Assembly: GCA_051003195.1 (NCBI GenBank)
Contig: JBPCLP010000058.1
Coordinates: 39,408-103,407, forward strand
DNA: 64,000 bases
Direction: 5' to 3'
DNA from: Candidatus Sumerlaeaceae bacterium
GTDB lineage: Bacteria > Sumerlaeota > Sumerlaeia > Sumerlaeales > Sumerlaeaceae
The notes under the pieces were generated by a model, which did no database searches, was not told the DNA's origin, and saw nothing but the letters and a program-made list of their open reading frames with translations. Every line of letters begins with the position of its first letter. Position 1 is the first letter of the stretch. The position numbers and the translations under genes were made by a program. Of the stretch, positions 46,543-56,400 are shown in pieces.

Positions 46543-49530
46543 TTAACTTTGGGCGGCGCGTTTGAGCTCAGCCAGAAGTGTCAGTGCTTCCAGCGGCGTC
46601 AGGGCATCCGGGTTGATCGCCCGAAGCTTTTCCAGTAGCGGGTGTTCGGCCGCATCAAACATGGTCAGTTGCACTGTACGTTCCTCAATTTTCACAGGGC
46701 GCTTGTCGGCAGCGTCCGAGCCAATGTGGATGGCGTTGCCTTTTTCAAGATCGGCGAGAATGCGGCGGGCGCGCTCGACGGCGTTTCGGGGGAGACCGGC
46801 TACCTGGGCGGCGTAAATTCCATAGCTATGATCGGTGTGTCCCCGCAGAATTCGATACAGGAACGCGACCTTTCCCTCCTCCTCGAGCACTGCGACGTTG
46901 TAATTCTTCACACGCGCCAGCGGTCCTTCCAGCTCGGCGAGTTCATGGTAATGCGTCGCGAAGAGTGTCTTGGGACGCCTGCCAGGAGTATTGTGCAGGT
47001 ACTCCACGACAGCCCAGGCAATTGAGAGACCGTCATAGGTGGAAGTCCCGCGCCCGATCTCATCCAGTATGACAAGCGAATCGTCGGTCGCGTTGTTGAG
47101 TATGTTCGCCGTTTCGCTCATCTCGACGAGGAAGGTGGACTGTCCTTTCGCGAGTTGATCCATCGCACCAACGCGCGTAAATATCCGGTCGACGGGACAG
47201 ATGCGCGCCTGGCCTGCCGGCACGAAACTGCCAAGGTGCGCCATGAGCGTAATCAAGGCAACCTGCCGGATGTAGGTGCTCTTGCCCGCCATGTTCGGCC
47301 CGGTGATCAGCAGGATCTGGTCGGCTTCGTTGCTGAGCTGCGTGTCGTTCGGAACAAACGGCTGATCGAGCCGCAGCGTTTCGAGTACCGGATGGCGACC
47401 GTCGCGGATGAAGATCGCGGACTGTGGACCCGGGGCCGCAGGATTGTTCGTTGTGATTTCTGGACGAACGTAGCGTCGTTCGACCGCCACCTGGGCAAGC
47501 GAGCTAAGCGCGTCCAGTTGAGCGACTAACCGAGCCGTGAGCTGAATCTTGCGTGCCTCCGCACAAACATTCTCCCGCAGTCGCTCAAAGAGCTCGAACT
47601 CCAGCTCATGACTTCGCTCCTCGGCATGAAGAATCACTTCTTCTTTTTCCTTCAGCTCCGGTGTGACGAAACGTTCAGCACCAGCGAGCGTCTGCTTGCG
47701 CATCCACTCTGCGGGAACTTTAGAGGAGTGACTATTGCTCACCTCGAGGTAATAACCGAACACGCGGTTGAACCCGATTTTCAGGTTTGGGATAGCGGTG
47801 CGGTCGGCTTCCCGCTGGCGCAGTGCGGCAATCCACGACTTCGAATCCGAAGAGAGCTCGCGAAGCTCGTCGAGACTTGCGTCGTACGCCCACTTGATGA
47901 GGCCCCCCTCGCGGACGGAAAGAGGAGGCGCGTCGCTGATAGCGCGCTGCAGCTCGCTCACGAGTTCCGGCAATGCATCCAGCCTCTCCGCGAGTTCTTT
48001 AAAAAGAGGGCCCTGGGTGCTGGCTGTGCTTGACGATCCTGATTCCGAACCATTAAGATCAGGGCTGGAGGTGAAGCCATGTTGAACATCATTATCATCA
48101 GCCTTGTGTTGCTCACCGTTGCCATCGTGTTTGTGGTTGCGATGTTCAGCGGCCGAAGCGGTTCGGGTGACGGCGGCGACGAGTAGCTCACACAACGCGG
48201 GAATCTGTTCGAGCGAACTGCGCAATGCCAGCAGATCGCGTGCATTTGCGGTCTTGCACGCGGCGCGCGAAACGATCCGCTCGAGATCGCTAATCGAACA
48301 AAGCCGCTCGATCAGTTGAGTGCGTAGCTGACCGTCCTTCGTGAGCAGTTCCACTGCATCCAGACGGCGATTAATTAAACCGGGCGCTCGCAGCGGCTGC
48401 ACAATCCAGCTGCGCAGCAGGCGTCCTCCCATCGCAGTTGCCGTACGATCCAGCACTTCCAGCAGGGTGTGCCGTCGTGTCGCGTCGGTAAGATTGCAGA
48501 CCAGTTCCAGGCTTCGCTGTGTCGTTGCGTCGAGAGTCATGTGCGCACCGGGGTAATGGACGCTTAGCTCGTTCACATGCACCAGCGGCGTCCGCTGTGT
48601 TTCGCGGACGTAATGCAATATTGCCCCTGCGGCGCGCACGCCGAGCGGATGTCCTTCTGCCCCGAAACCGTTGAGATCACGTACGCCGAATTGCCGCAGC
48701 ACCGCCTCACGTGCTGCGAAGTGAGAGCACGCCGAGGAATCGATTGTCGCGATACTCAGCGAATTGGCACGCAATTCAGCGTTTTGCGAATTGAGGCCTT
48801 CCAGCGCGGATGCTGCCAGCAAATCGGACGCTTCGAACCACTGCTTCTGGTCGTGCGGAACGATCAATTCCGAAGGCGCCAGGCGTGCGATCTCGGACGC
48901 GCAGCTTGCCATGCCGCCCGGGCCGCTGAATTCCGCGACGATAAACTCGCCAGTCGAAAAATCGAGTGCTGCTAATCCAAGTGGCACCGCGGCTGCCTGG
49001 CCCGCGGGTTCGTTCGCAAGCAGCCGGGACGATTCCGTTGAAGGCTTCTTGCCATTACCGGAGGAGGTGCCTCGCGGATCAAGTTCCGCCACCAGTGCAA
49101 TGAGATAATTGTTCGCCTTATCGGACAGCAGGTTTTCTTCAAGCACTGTTCCGGGAGTGACGATCCGCACGACCTCGCGACGGATGATTCCCTTTGCGTT
49201 TTTCGGATTTTCGGTCTGCTCGCAAATCGCGACACGATGCCCCGCGCGAATCATCTTTGCGAGATACGGCTCCACGCTGTGATACGGGATGCCTGCCAGC
49301 GGAACCGGCGCTCCGCGCTCGTCCGTGCCACGGCTGGTCAGGGTGATTCCAAGAACTGCGGCCGCGGTTTTCGCATCCTCGAAAAACATCTCATAGAAAT
49401 CGCCGCAGCGGAAAAACAAGACGTGTTGCGGGTGCTGTTCCTTGATCTGCCAGAACTGCCGCATCAGCGGCGTAAGGTCACCGGACGGAGCACAAGTTTC
49501 ATTCGCGGGAGTGGATACAGTGCGCGCCAT
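46543..49530 (-). CDS. mutS: DNA mismatch repair protein MutS
   Basis: TPLMRQ, GDFYEMF, ITGPNMAGKSTY, STFLVEM, DEIGRGTST, FATHYHEL, SYGI..A. Confidence 0.98.
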   Translation of the reverse strand: MARTVSTPANETCAPSGDLTPLMRQFWQIKEQHPQHVLFFRCGDFYEMFFEDAKTAAAVLGITLTSRGTDERGAPVPLAGIPYHSVEPYLAKMIRAGHRVAICEQTENPKNAKGIIRREVVRIVTPGTVLEENLLSDKANNYLIALVAELDPRGTSSGNGKKPSTESSRLLANEPAGQAAAVPLGLAALDFSTGEFIVAEFSGPGGMASCASEIARLAPSELIVPHDQKQWFEASDLLAASALEGLNSQNAELRANSLSIATIDSSACSHFAAREAVLRQFGVRDLNGFGAEGHPLGVRAAGAILHYVRETQRTPLVHVNELSVHYPGAHMTLDATTQRSLELVCNLTDATRRHTLLEVLDRTATAMGGRLLRSWIVQPLRAPGLINRRLDAVELLTKDGQLRTQLIERLCSISDLERIVSRAACKTANARDLLALRSSLEQIPALCELLVAAVTRTASAAEHRNHKHDGNGEQHKADDNDVQHGFTSSPDLNGSESGSSSTASTQGPLFKELAERLDALPELVSELQRAISDAPPLSVREGGLIKWAYDASLDELRELSSDSKSWIAALRQREADRTAIPNLKIGFNRVFGYYLEVSNSHSSKVPAEWMRKQTLAGAERFVTPELKEKEEVILHAEERSHELEFELFERLRENVCAEARKIQLTARLVAQLDALSSLAQVAVERRYVRPEITTNNPAAPGPQSAIFIRDGRHPVLETLRLDQPFVPNDTQLSNEADQILLITGPNMAGKSTYIRQVALITLMAHLGSFVPAGQARICPVDRIFTRVGAMDQLAKGQSTFLVEMSETANILNNATDDSLVILDEIGRGTSTYDGLSIAWAVVEYLHNTPGRRPKTLFATHYHELAELEGPLARVKNYNVAVLEEEGKVAFLYRILRGHTDHSYGIYAAQVAGLPRNAVERARRILADLEKGNAIHIGSDAADKRPVKIEERTVQLTMFDAAEHPLLEKLRAINPDALTPLEALTLLAELKRAAQS

Positions 49531-49532
49531 GT

Positions 49533-50135
49533 TTATTCCGCAGCCTCCATGACACTGGTCCAGAGTTGATACCCCAGATCATTCAGGTGCACGCCATCGT
49601 CGGTCAGTTCTTCCCGTAACTCGCCGCCGCCATTTGTCATCGCGGAAAACACGTCCACAAACGCGATCCGGCGCGCCTCTGCAATCTCGCTCAACCGTTC
49701 ATTAGTTTCCCTGACATCGGGCAGCAGGTGCAGATACTGTCCGGATGTCGGAAGCGTGGTTTGGAGGTAAATCGACGCCGCAGGGACTATCTCGCGGACC
49801 GCGTCGAGGACTTTGCCAACCTGCTTAGCCAGTGAGTCCGGCTTTTTCCCATTATTCAAATCGTTGATCCCAATAAGCACGAAAATTTCTGCCGGATTTG
49901 CGCGCGTTAGCAGGTTCACCCGCCTGAACAGACCGCCCTCCGGGTGCTCTGCCTCGTCGCCACTGATACCCATGTTAATTACCGGCCGTCCGCGTAATCT
50001 TGTGGCGGGATGCATCTCTGAAATCGAATCGCCGAATAGGACAATATTGCCCGCAGGACTACCACTGAGACTGTTCAGTTCGCTTTCGATCTCGGCGATG
50101 CGATTCTTATAGTGTACCGGGAAGGGCGGCAGCAT
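49533..50135 (-). CDS. SGNH/GDSL family hydrolase
   Basis: FGDSI, NMGISG, IGIND, DGVHLN. Confidence 0.9.
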   Translation of the reverse strand: MLPPFPVHYKNRIAEIESELNSLSGSPAGNIVLFGDSISEMHPATRLRGRPVINMGISGDEAEHPEGGLFRRVNLLTRANPAEIFVLIGINDLNNGKKPDSLAKQVGKVLDAVREIVPAASIYLQTTLPTSGQYLHLLPDVRETNERLSEIAEARRIAFVDVFSAMTNGGGELREELTDDGVHLNDLGYQLWTSVMEAAE

Positions 50136-50202
50136 TTCAGGAAGTTCAACACACTGCGCAGGGGTGTTCCAGTAAATTACGCGTTTTGTTGTGGCTAAAG
50201 AC

Positions 50203-50817
50203 TCACACAGGTGGACTCGGATGGAATTGTTTCCCGGTTCGGTTTAGATCGTCCGCCTGAAGGGCTTTAACCATCAGGTGCTCAGTGTTTCCCGGGCGAA
50301 CGCAGTCGTGCGCCTCAGCCACGAAACTGTATCCATTCCGTTCGTAGAACGCGCGCGCACGGGAGTTGACCTCGCTCACGCATAAATACATCCGGTCGCT
50401 CGACTCCGCACTTCGTTGTTCCGCTGCCTCGAGCAGCGCTGCGCCCATACCTCTGCCCTGGCTTGCTTCAAAAACAGCCAGCATGTTTACATAACCGCCA
50501 TCCGGCAAAGATTGCGGAGGTATTCCGTCCGGATTTTCGGGCGGATAAATAATACCGCTGCGAAAAACCCGCTCGCAAAGAAACTTCAGCGCCTGCTCAG
50601 CTCGAAACATGATGCAGGCGGCCGGCAGCCCGGTTGCCTCGGCTACGTAAATCAGCCGCATGGGATCATGTGTACAGGCAAACTGTAGTTCCTGGGAACT
50701 GATGCCCAACTGTTGCCAGAGTTCCAGAGCAGCAATGCTGTCACACAGCAGCGGGACCTCGTCCGGCCTGCCGGGGCGAATGGAAAAGTGCATGCGCGAC
50801 GGTGATCTCGTGACCAT
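50203..50817 (-). CDS. GNAT family N-acetyltransferase
   Basis: LAV...QGRGMG..LL, L.V...N.RA..FYERNGY. Start may be the ATG at 50793. Confidence 0.85.
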   Translation of the reverse strand: MVTRSPSRMHFSIRPGRPDEVPLLCDSIAALELWQQLGISSQELQFACTHDPMRLIYVAEATGLPAACIMFRAEQALKFLCERVFRSGIIYPPENPDGIPPQSLPDGGYVNMLAVFEASQGRGMGAALLEAAEQRSAESSDRMYLCVSEVNSRARAFYERNGYSFVAEAHDCVRPGNTEHLMVKALQADDLNRTGKQFHPSPPV

Positions 50818-50961
50818 TCCCTGTCCAGCGTTCGTTCAATGCGCCACACTTGGACCTGAACTTGCTGTCTTTAGAGCCCAGAGAGCAGTAGTGCCGGCGT
50901 GCGGCATTGGTAAAACCAGTAACTTCAGCGGCTGCACGCCGACTGAAGGGATGAATGACGA

Positions 50962-51756
50962 ATGAAAACCAAAGTAACATCGGCCGCGCTTTTAGCAGTA
51001 TGGGTCGGTGCAACGTGTAGCGCGCAGGTGCTAATCACAAGCCCAAGAACCGTTGAGGCACCTTCGAGCGACTACAAGGTCAGCTACCAGCGCACGGCTC
51101 AGAATCCACCCAGCTACGACCTCTGGTATAACGCTAATCGCAATCCCTACGTCCTGAGCCCGTACATGATCGTTCTGCAGCAGCCGAAGCGTGCTCCGGT
51201 CCCGGCAATGCCAAAGTACAGTGAAGTGGAATATGGAAAAATCATGGAACAGGTGCTGACGGCCTCTGCGGTTCAGCCGGCCGGCGCCCGGAGTTCTGTG
51301 GCATCGGTCGTCGATAAAGCGGCTGCCAACGTTAAACAGGGAGAACCGAACAAAACCATCGAAGCCCACGTGGTAGACGTGCTCGACCGCGGCCTGCTCG
51401 TCCTTGATACTTACGACGAAGTGAAGCTGCGCGGGGTCACCATGGCGTCGGAAAACGAGATCGATGAGGTAACGCGTTATTACGCGCGACTGGGCATTGA
51501 TACCCTGCGGCGGCTCCTGACCACCGGACCGATTTACCTGCAGCTGGGCAAGCCCGAACGGAGCGCAGATGGTCCAGTGCTGGCCGACATCTTCCTACCC
51601 GACGGTTCACTGGTTAATCGCCAGATCCTCGAACTTGGCTATGGCCACTTCGACAATAAAGATTTTCTGCCGGACCAGATTTCCGTCACATTGCAGGCAG
51701 CGGAACAACGCGCGCGCAACGCCAAGGTCGGACTGTTTTCGAAGGAGAAGCGCTAA
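50962..51756 (+). CDS. Exported thermonuclease (SNase)-fold protein with degenerate active site
   Basis: Signal peptide; VKLRGV, LA.IFLPDG.LVN..IL..GYG and AEQRAR.AK.GL. patterns of the SNase fold. Confidence 0.7.
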   Translation: MKTKVTSAALLAVWVGATCSAQVLITSPRTVEAPSSDYKVSYQRTAQNPPSYDLWYNANRNPYVLSPYMIVLQQPKRAPVPAMPKYSEVEYGKIMEQVLTASAVQPAGARSSVASVVDKAAANVKQGEPNKTIEAHVVDVLDRGLLVLDTYDEVKLRGVTMASENEIDEVTRYYARLGIDTLRRLLTTGPIYLQLGKPERSADGPVLADIFLPDGSLVNRQILELGYGHFDNKDFLPDQISVTLQAAEQRARNAKVGLFSKEKR

Positions 51757-51760
51757 CCCT

Positions 51761-51855
51761 GGTATGCCGAATCAGTAGTTCCTATCCAGTTTGAGCGCGG
51801 GAGATGAGCTCAATTCGGCACACAGAACCGAATACGAATTAACCGTAGATCACCC
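51761..51855 (+). repeat. Dispersed palindromic repeat, copy 2
   Basis: ATGCCGAATCAGTAGTTCCTATCCAGTTTGAGCGCGGGAGATGAGCTCAATTCGGCAC, near-identical to the 39364 copy. Confidence 0.8.
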
Positions 51856-51856
51856 C

Positions 51857-52147
51857 GGTGTGCCGTCTCAGAATTTCGCGGCATAATTCGAGGATTCCGG
51901 CTTTTTGGAATCTGCCGCCCTCAGGTTTTTTGCACCGAAGGTGCAGCGGAACACAGCGCTAACGCGTGCCAGTGTGCCGTCCCTGAAATTCCAGTGTGCC
52001 GTCCTGCAATTCGCGGCATAATTCAGCTCAGGTTTTTTGCACCGAAGGTGCAGCGGAACATAGCCCAGGGAAAGGAGGCCACGGCTTTTTGTGGCCGACG
52101 CAGCCCTGGGTATATCGATCCAATTACATCGCGCCCTGAAGGGGCGC
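51857..52147 (+). repeat. REP/MITE-like composite repeat cluster
   Basis: 34-bp direct repeat CTCAGGTTTTTTGCACCGAAGGTGCAGCGGAACA at 51920-51953 and 52027-52060; GTGTGCCGTC three times; hairpins GCACCGAAGGTGC, CCCAGGG...CCCTGGG and GCGCCCTGAAGGGGCGC. Confidence 0.75.
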
Positions 52148-52188
52148 CGGAAAGCGCGCAGATTTCGTTACAAATCCCTGGGACCCAT

Positions 52189-52998
52189 CTAGCGAAATAC
52201 CCGTGGTCGGATAAAATGGCGCGCACCCAGTGCGGCGACACCCGTCCATAATGTGAGGCTCAGTAATTCAACGGGCCAGTTCGTCTTCAGTCCCAGCGGC
52301 ATGCGCATAAGGTCGATCATGTTGGCCAGGGGCAGGGCACCGGTAATAGAGCGCAGCCATAGCGGAAGATTCTCTCTCGGGAAAAAAGTTCCGCACAACG
52401 TGAACATCGGGATGATGAAAAGAAACACGGGCACATTGATCTGGTCGACTGATTGTACCGCCCCGGCCACGAGCATACCTACGGCACCGAATACCATCGA
52501 TCCCAAAATAATCAGCGGCAGGTATCCAATAAGCGCCGTGATGGTGACCTGACCGATGGCTACGGTCACCAGCCCCGTAATAATGCCGGCCAGCGTTCCG
52601 CGGGTTGCTGCCCATAACCAGTCACCCACAAAAATTTCTCCAAAACTGATCGGCGCGGTCAGCAGCGCCGTCCAAACCTGCTGAAAGCGCAGGCGAATAA
52701 ACGTACCATAGGCTCCCTCGAAAAACGACTGGAAGCAAACGCCGACCGCGATCATGGCGGGGCTTATAAATTTCAGGTATGGGATGTCGTGCCCTTGCAG
52801 ATGAAAGCCGCTAAGCACGGGCGATAAACCAAACCCAAATGACATCAGATAAAACAGTGGCTCAGTCATCGGCGGGAGAAAATTTACGAGCCACGTGCGA
52901 CGGTAGAGAAGCGCATGACGCCGCCACACCGAGTAGACGCCCCACAACGGCGACTCTATCAACCTGTTTGCCCTTCGGTTGTGTGCAGGCGCGATCAT
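52189..52998 (-). CDS. ABC-2 type exporter permease (NodJ-like)
   Basis: EPLFYL..FG.GL, YL.FI.P, LTAPI....I..G, PMF...GTFFP. ATG at 52998; the ORF-track extension overlaps the ATPase gene. Confidence 0.9.
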   Translation of the reverse strand: MIAPAHNRRANRLIESPLWGVYSVWRRHALLYRRTWLVNFLPPMTEPLFYLMSFGFGLSPVLSGFHLQGHDIPYLKFISPAMIAVGVCFQSFFEGAYGTFIRLRFQQVWTALLTAPISFGEIFVGDWLWAATRGTLAGIITGLVTVAIGQVTITALIGYLPLIILGSMVFGAVGMLVAGAVQSVDQINVPVFLFIIPMFTLCGTFFPRENLPLWLRSITGALPLANMIDLMRMPLGLKTNWPVELLSLTLWTGVAALGARHFIRPRVFR

Positions 52999-53002
52999 AT
53001 TT

Positions 53003-53908
53003 TCAGTCCAGTCGACTGCCGGTGAGCCGCAGGAATACATCCTCAAGATTCGCCGCACGAATCGTAAGTCGTGTCGGGCGGAACTGCTCCAGGTGATCGA
53101 AACTGTCGCGGGCACCATTATCCTGAAACGCGAGCAGGTATCCGGTACCAAACGGCCGCAGCCAGGCCTGGGCGCGGTCAGCGAAATCCTGCAGAGGCGC
53201 CTCGTCCACACCCTCAATCTCGACGATCTCTGTGCCGACCACACGTTTGATTAACTCGGCCGGAGTTCCTTCATCGACCTGTAAGCCCTCCTGCATAAGT
53301 ATTAAGCGGTCACACAGCCGCTGCGCTTCATCCATGTAATGCGTCGTGAGCACAATCCCACATCCGGAATCGCGCAGCTCGGATACGAGTTTCCAGAACG
53401 ATTGACGATTCTCGGGATCAAGGCCCGTAGTTGGTTCATCAAGGAATACAAGGCGAGGCTTGTTGAGCATGGCCCGGGCAAGCACCAGTCGGCGCTTCAG
53501 CCCGCCGGAGAGCTCTTCCGTTTTAAAATCACGATGCGACTGCAAACCCACCAGCGCAATCAGTTCATCGGCAATCGCATGCGCTGCGGCGCCGCGAATG
53601 CCGTAGTGGTGGGCGAAGCAGGTAAGGTTTTCAAACACGCTGAAGTCTGTATCGAGGTTGTCACCCTGGGTCACGATACCTATTGTGCGGCGAGCCAGCC
53701 GCCCCTGCCGCGGTAGAGCGAAGCCGTTATACTCGATGGAACCGCGCGAAGGAATAACCGCACCGTACAACATGCCGACGGACGTGGTTTTACCGGCGCC
53801 GTTCGGCCCCAGAAACCCGAGGATCTCGCCCGCCGAAACGGTGCAGTTCAGCCCGCGCACAACTTCGCGGTTGCCATAGAGTTTCCAGACATCTTTCGCA
53901 GTCAGCAT
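53003..53908 (-). CDS. ABC exporter ATP-binding protein (NodI-like)
   Basis: GPNGAGKTT, LSGGLKRRL, LDEPTTGLDP, TTHYMDEA.RLCD. Confidence 0.93.
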   Translation of the reverse strand: MLTAKDVWKLYGNREVVRGLNCTVSAGEILGFLGPNGAGKTTSVGMLYGAVIPSRGSIEYNGFALPRQGRLARRTIGIVTQGDNLDTDFSVFENLTCFAHHYGIRGAAAHAIADELIALVGLQSHRDFKTEELSGGLKRRLVLARAMLNKPRLVFLDEPTTGLDPENRQSFWKLVSELRDSGCGIVLTTHYMDEAQRLCDRLILMQEGLQVDEGTPAELIKRVVGTEIVEIEGVDEAPLQDFADRAQAWLRPFGTGYLLAFQDNGARDSFDHLEQFRPTRLTIRAANLEDVFLRLTGSRLD

Positions 53909-54065
53909 TCGAACGAAAGCGAATCGGCGTGATCAGAGTTGCAATGGGAAAGCAGGGAAGGTGCAGGGTAGCTACGGGCCAAACAGCTCGGCCGCGGCTA
54001 AAGCGAATTCTGTTATCCAGTACTGGTATGACCGGATCATTCGATCGAAGTTTCTTTAATCGCGC

Positions 54066-55133
54066 ATGCTTACATCCGATTTCGACTACACCCTTCCACT
54101 AAACCTGATTGCGGCCGAACCCTCGGCCGAACGTGGCGGATCGCGTTTGCTGGTCCTGCACCGAACAACAGGTGCTGTTTCGCACCGCTCCTTCAGCGAT
54201 CTTCCCGGGTATTTCTCGCCCGGTGATGTCCTGGTTCTGAATGACAGCCGTGTGTTACGCGCGCGCATATGTGGCCGGCGCGCGAACACATCCGGGGCCG
54301 TAGAGCTGTTACTCCTGGAGAGGGCATCAGTCCCAGGTCAGTCAGGTGATTGCTGGAGCGCAATGGCTCGTCCTGCAAAAAAGCTGAAAGAGGGTGAACG
54401 TATCCTTTTTGGTGATGACGCGCTTTCGGCTGAAGTGATCGGCGCCGGCCATGGAGCAGAGCGGACAGTATGTTTCGATGTGCCAGACATTTTGCCCTTA
54501 CTTGAGCAGTATGGCGAAATGCCTTTGCCGCCGTATATCGTGCAACGTCGCAAAGAGCTGGGGCACTCGGGCGATACCGACGACGCAGAGCGCTATCAGA
54601 CGGTCTTTGCGCGCGAACCGGGAAGCGTCGCCGCGCCCACCGCTGGCCTGCATTTTTCGCCTGATATCCTCGACCTCCTCCGTTCACGTGGTGTTCGTAT
54701 TGCTCATGTAACTCTGCATGTTGGGGCGGGGACCTTTAAGCCTGTGGAAGCCGAAGATCCATCGGAGCATCCGATGCACGCGGAGCACTATACCATTTCT
54801 CCTGATACGGCCGACGTAATTAATCTCGCGCTCGCCGAAAGGCGGCGAATCATTGCGGTCGGCACCACTTCCGTCCGCACGCTGGAAAGTGCTTTTGATA
54901 CGTACACGCACAGTGTGCAAGCCGGTAGTGGCTCAACGCGCCTTCTCATCCTACCCGGATATAACTTTCGCGTAGTCGGAGCGCTGCTCACGAATTTTCA
55001 CTTGCCCAAATCCACACTTCTCATGCTCGTCAGCGCCTTCGCAGGGCGGGAACCCGTTCTGTCGGCTTATCGGGATGCAATCAACGAACGCTACCGTTTC
55101 TATAGCTACGGCGACGCCATGCTGGTCACGTAG
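54066..55133 (+). CDS. queA: S-adenosylmethionine:tRNA ribosyltransferase-isomerase
   Basis: FDY.LP..LIA, PLPPYI, YQTVFA...GSVAAPTAGLHF, TLHVG.GTF, TNFHLPKSTL, FYSYGDAM. Confidence 0.98.
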   Translation: MLTSDFDYTLPLNLIAAEPSAERGGSRLLVLHRTTGAVSHRSFSDLPGYFSPGDVLVLNDSRVLRARICGRRANTSGAVELLLLERASVPGQSGDCWSAMARPAKKLKEGERILFGDDALSAEVIGAGHGAERTVCFDVPDILPLLEQYGEMPLPPYIVQRRKELGHSGDTDDAERYQTVFAREPGSVAAPTAGLHFSPDILDLLRSRGVRIAHVTLHVGAGTFKPVEAEDPSEHPMHAEHYTISPDTADVINLALAERRRIIAVGTTSVRTLESAFDTYTHSVQAGSGSTRLLILPGYNFRVVGALLTNFHLPKSTLLMLVSAFAGREPVLSAYRDAINERYRFYSYGDAMLVT

Positions 55134-56268
55134 TTCGAGAACGCGCCTGTTCACGTTCGATTTGTCCCACGGCCTGCGTATATCCGAAGAGCACAACGCC
55201 CGTAAGCACCAGTAAAAGAAGTTGAGCCTCGCCGCGGCCGGTCATTGCTGCTCGCGCATAGGCGAACGCGATAGCTGCCATTATCAGCCATAGCCCGAGG
55301 TTAAACATCAGCGTCTTGCCATGGCTCCAGCCCGCCACCATCAATCGCTGGTACAAGTGCTCGCGATGTGCATGGCGCAGGTCTTCCCCGCGGCGAAAAC
55401 GCAGTAACATTGTATACGCCACATCAAAAATGAAAGGGCTGTAAAGAATCAGCGATGCGATGAGCGGGAATCGTGCGGGGTGCGCACCTTCTGCCGCGCG
55501 AAGGGAAAGAATCGCGAGTGCAAAACCAATAAACTGACTGCCGCCATCACCCATGAATGTTTTGCTGTCCAATGGGCGACCCGGGTAGTTAAATAGAAGA
55601 AGTCCGAGCACACAGCTTGCCAGTGCTATTGCCGTCCCATACTCCAGCGCCCGGTACCAGAAGCCATACCAGAACAAGAAAAGTCCGATGGTTGCTGCGG
55701 TTACGATTCCGAACAACGCCGCATGACCGTCCATGCCATCCATGAAATTGACGGCATTCATCATGAGCATGACAAACAAAAACAAAAGGATGGATCCCGC
55801 AACGAACCCGAATGTGAGTGTTTTGAACAGCGGCAAGGCGAGGGTTGAAGGCCAGTATCCGAGCGCGATAGGCGAAAACGCTGCCGCCAGTTGAACCAGT
55901 GTTTTCCACCGTGGCGGCAGTTCAAATACATCATCCAGCACACCGCCCACCAACGCCCAGCAACCGCCAACCAGCAGCGCGGTGTACCACGCAGACGGAG
56001 CGACCGGGATCCATGGCGAAATGAGCAATGCGGCTGCGTAAAATCCAATTGCCGCGCCAACCCCCCCCAGCCGCGGAGTTGGAACGGTGTGGCTTCCGCG
56101 CGCGGTGGGTCTCGCCATAATTTTATACTGCTGTGAAACCAGGATGGATCCGATAACACCTAACATGGAAATCGTTAGAGGAACAATGACAGTCGGCAAC
56201 AGTCCCACAATGGTGTGCCGTCGTGCTTCAGGATCGTTTATGAGGTAGGTCAGGGCTGTGCGTAACAT
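55126..56268 (-). CDS. MraY/WecA family polyprenyl-phosphate HexNAc-1-phosphate transferase
   Basis: RGSH..PTPRLGG, G.LDD, NAVNFMDGMDG, FMGDGGS, AHREHLYQRL. Probable ATG at 56268. Confidence 0.92.
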   Translation of the reverse strand: MLRTALTYLINDPEARRHTIVGLLPTVIVPLTISMLGVIGSILVSQQYKIMARPTARGSHTVPTPRLGGVGAAIGFYAAALLISPWIPVAPSAWYTALLVGGCWALVGGVLDDVFELPPRWKTLVQLAAAFSPIALGYWPSTLALPLFKTLTFGFVAGSILLFLFVMLMMNAVNFMDGMDGHAALFGIVTAATIGLFLFWYGFWYRALEYGTAIALASCVLGLLLFNYPGRPLDSKTFMGDGGSQFIGFALAILSLRAAEGAHPARFPLIASLILYSPFIFDVAYTMLLRFRRGEDLRHAHREHLYQRLMVAGWSHGKTLMFNLGLWLIMAAIAFAYARAAMTGRGEAQLLLLVLTGVVLFGYTQAVGQIEREQARSRTT

Positions 56269-56400
56269 CGCCGAGTAACGCAAGGCAGCCGGATCAATCG
56301 TGCAACTTGTATTTCTTGTTTGCGGGCAGAAGCGAATGTTGTCCTGAACAGACACAGCGCTTGCATAGCTAACTCAGCAGCCTATCATCCGCCGAATAAC

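Noticed and set aside
46543..49530. Intein in the long MutS (or in RecA or UvrA)
   Set aside because: The inserts are short and low-complexity and lack intein splice-junction motifs; RecA is normal length.
51857..52060. Direct repeats as a possible CRISPR array
   Set aside because: Only two 34-bp copies, irregular spacing, the intervening sequence is itself repetitive, and no cas genes are present.
53909..54065. preQ1 riboswitch upstream of queA
   Set aside because: No recognisable preQ1 stem-loop with an A-rich tail.
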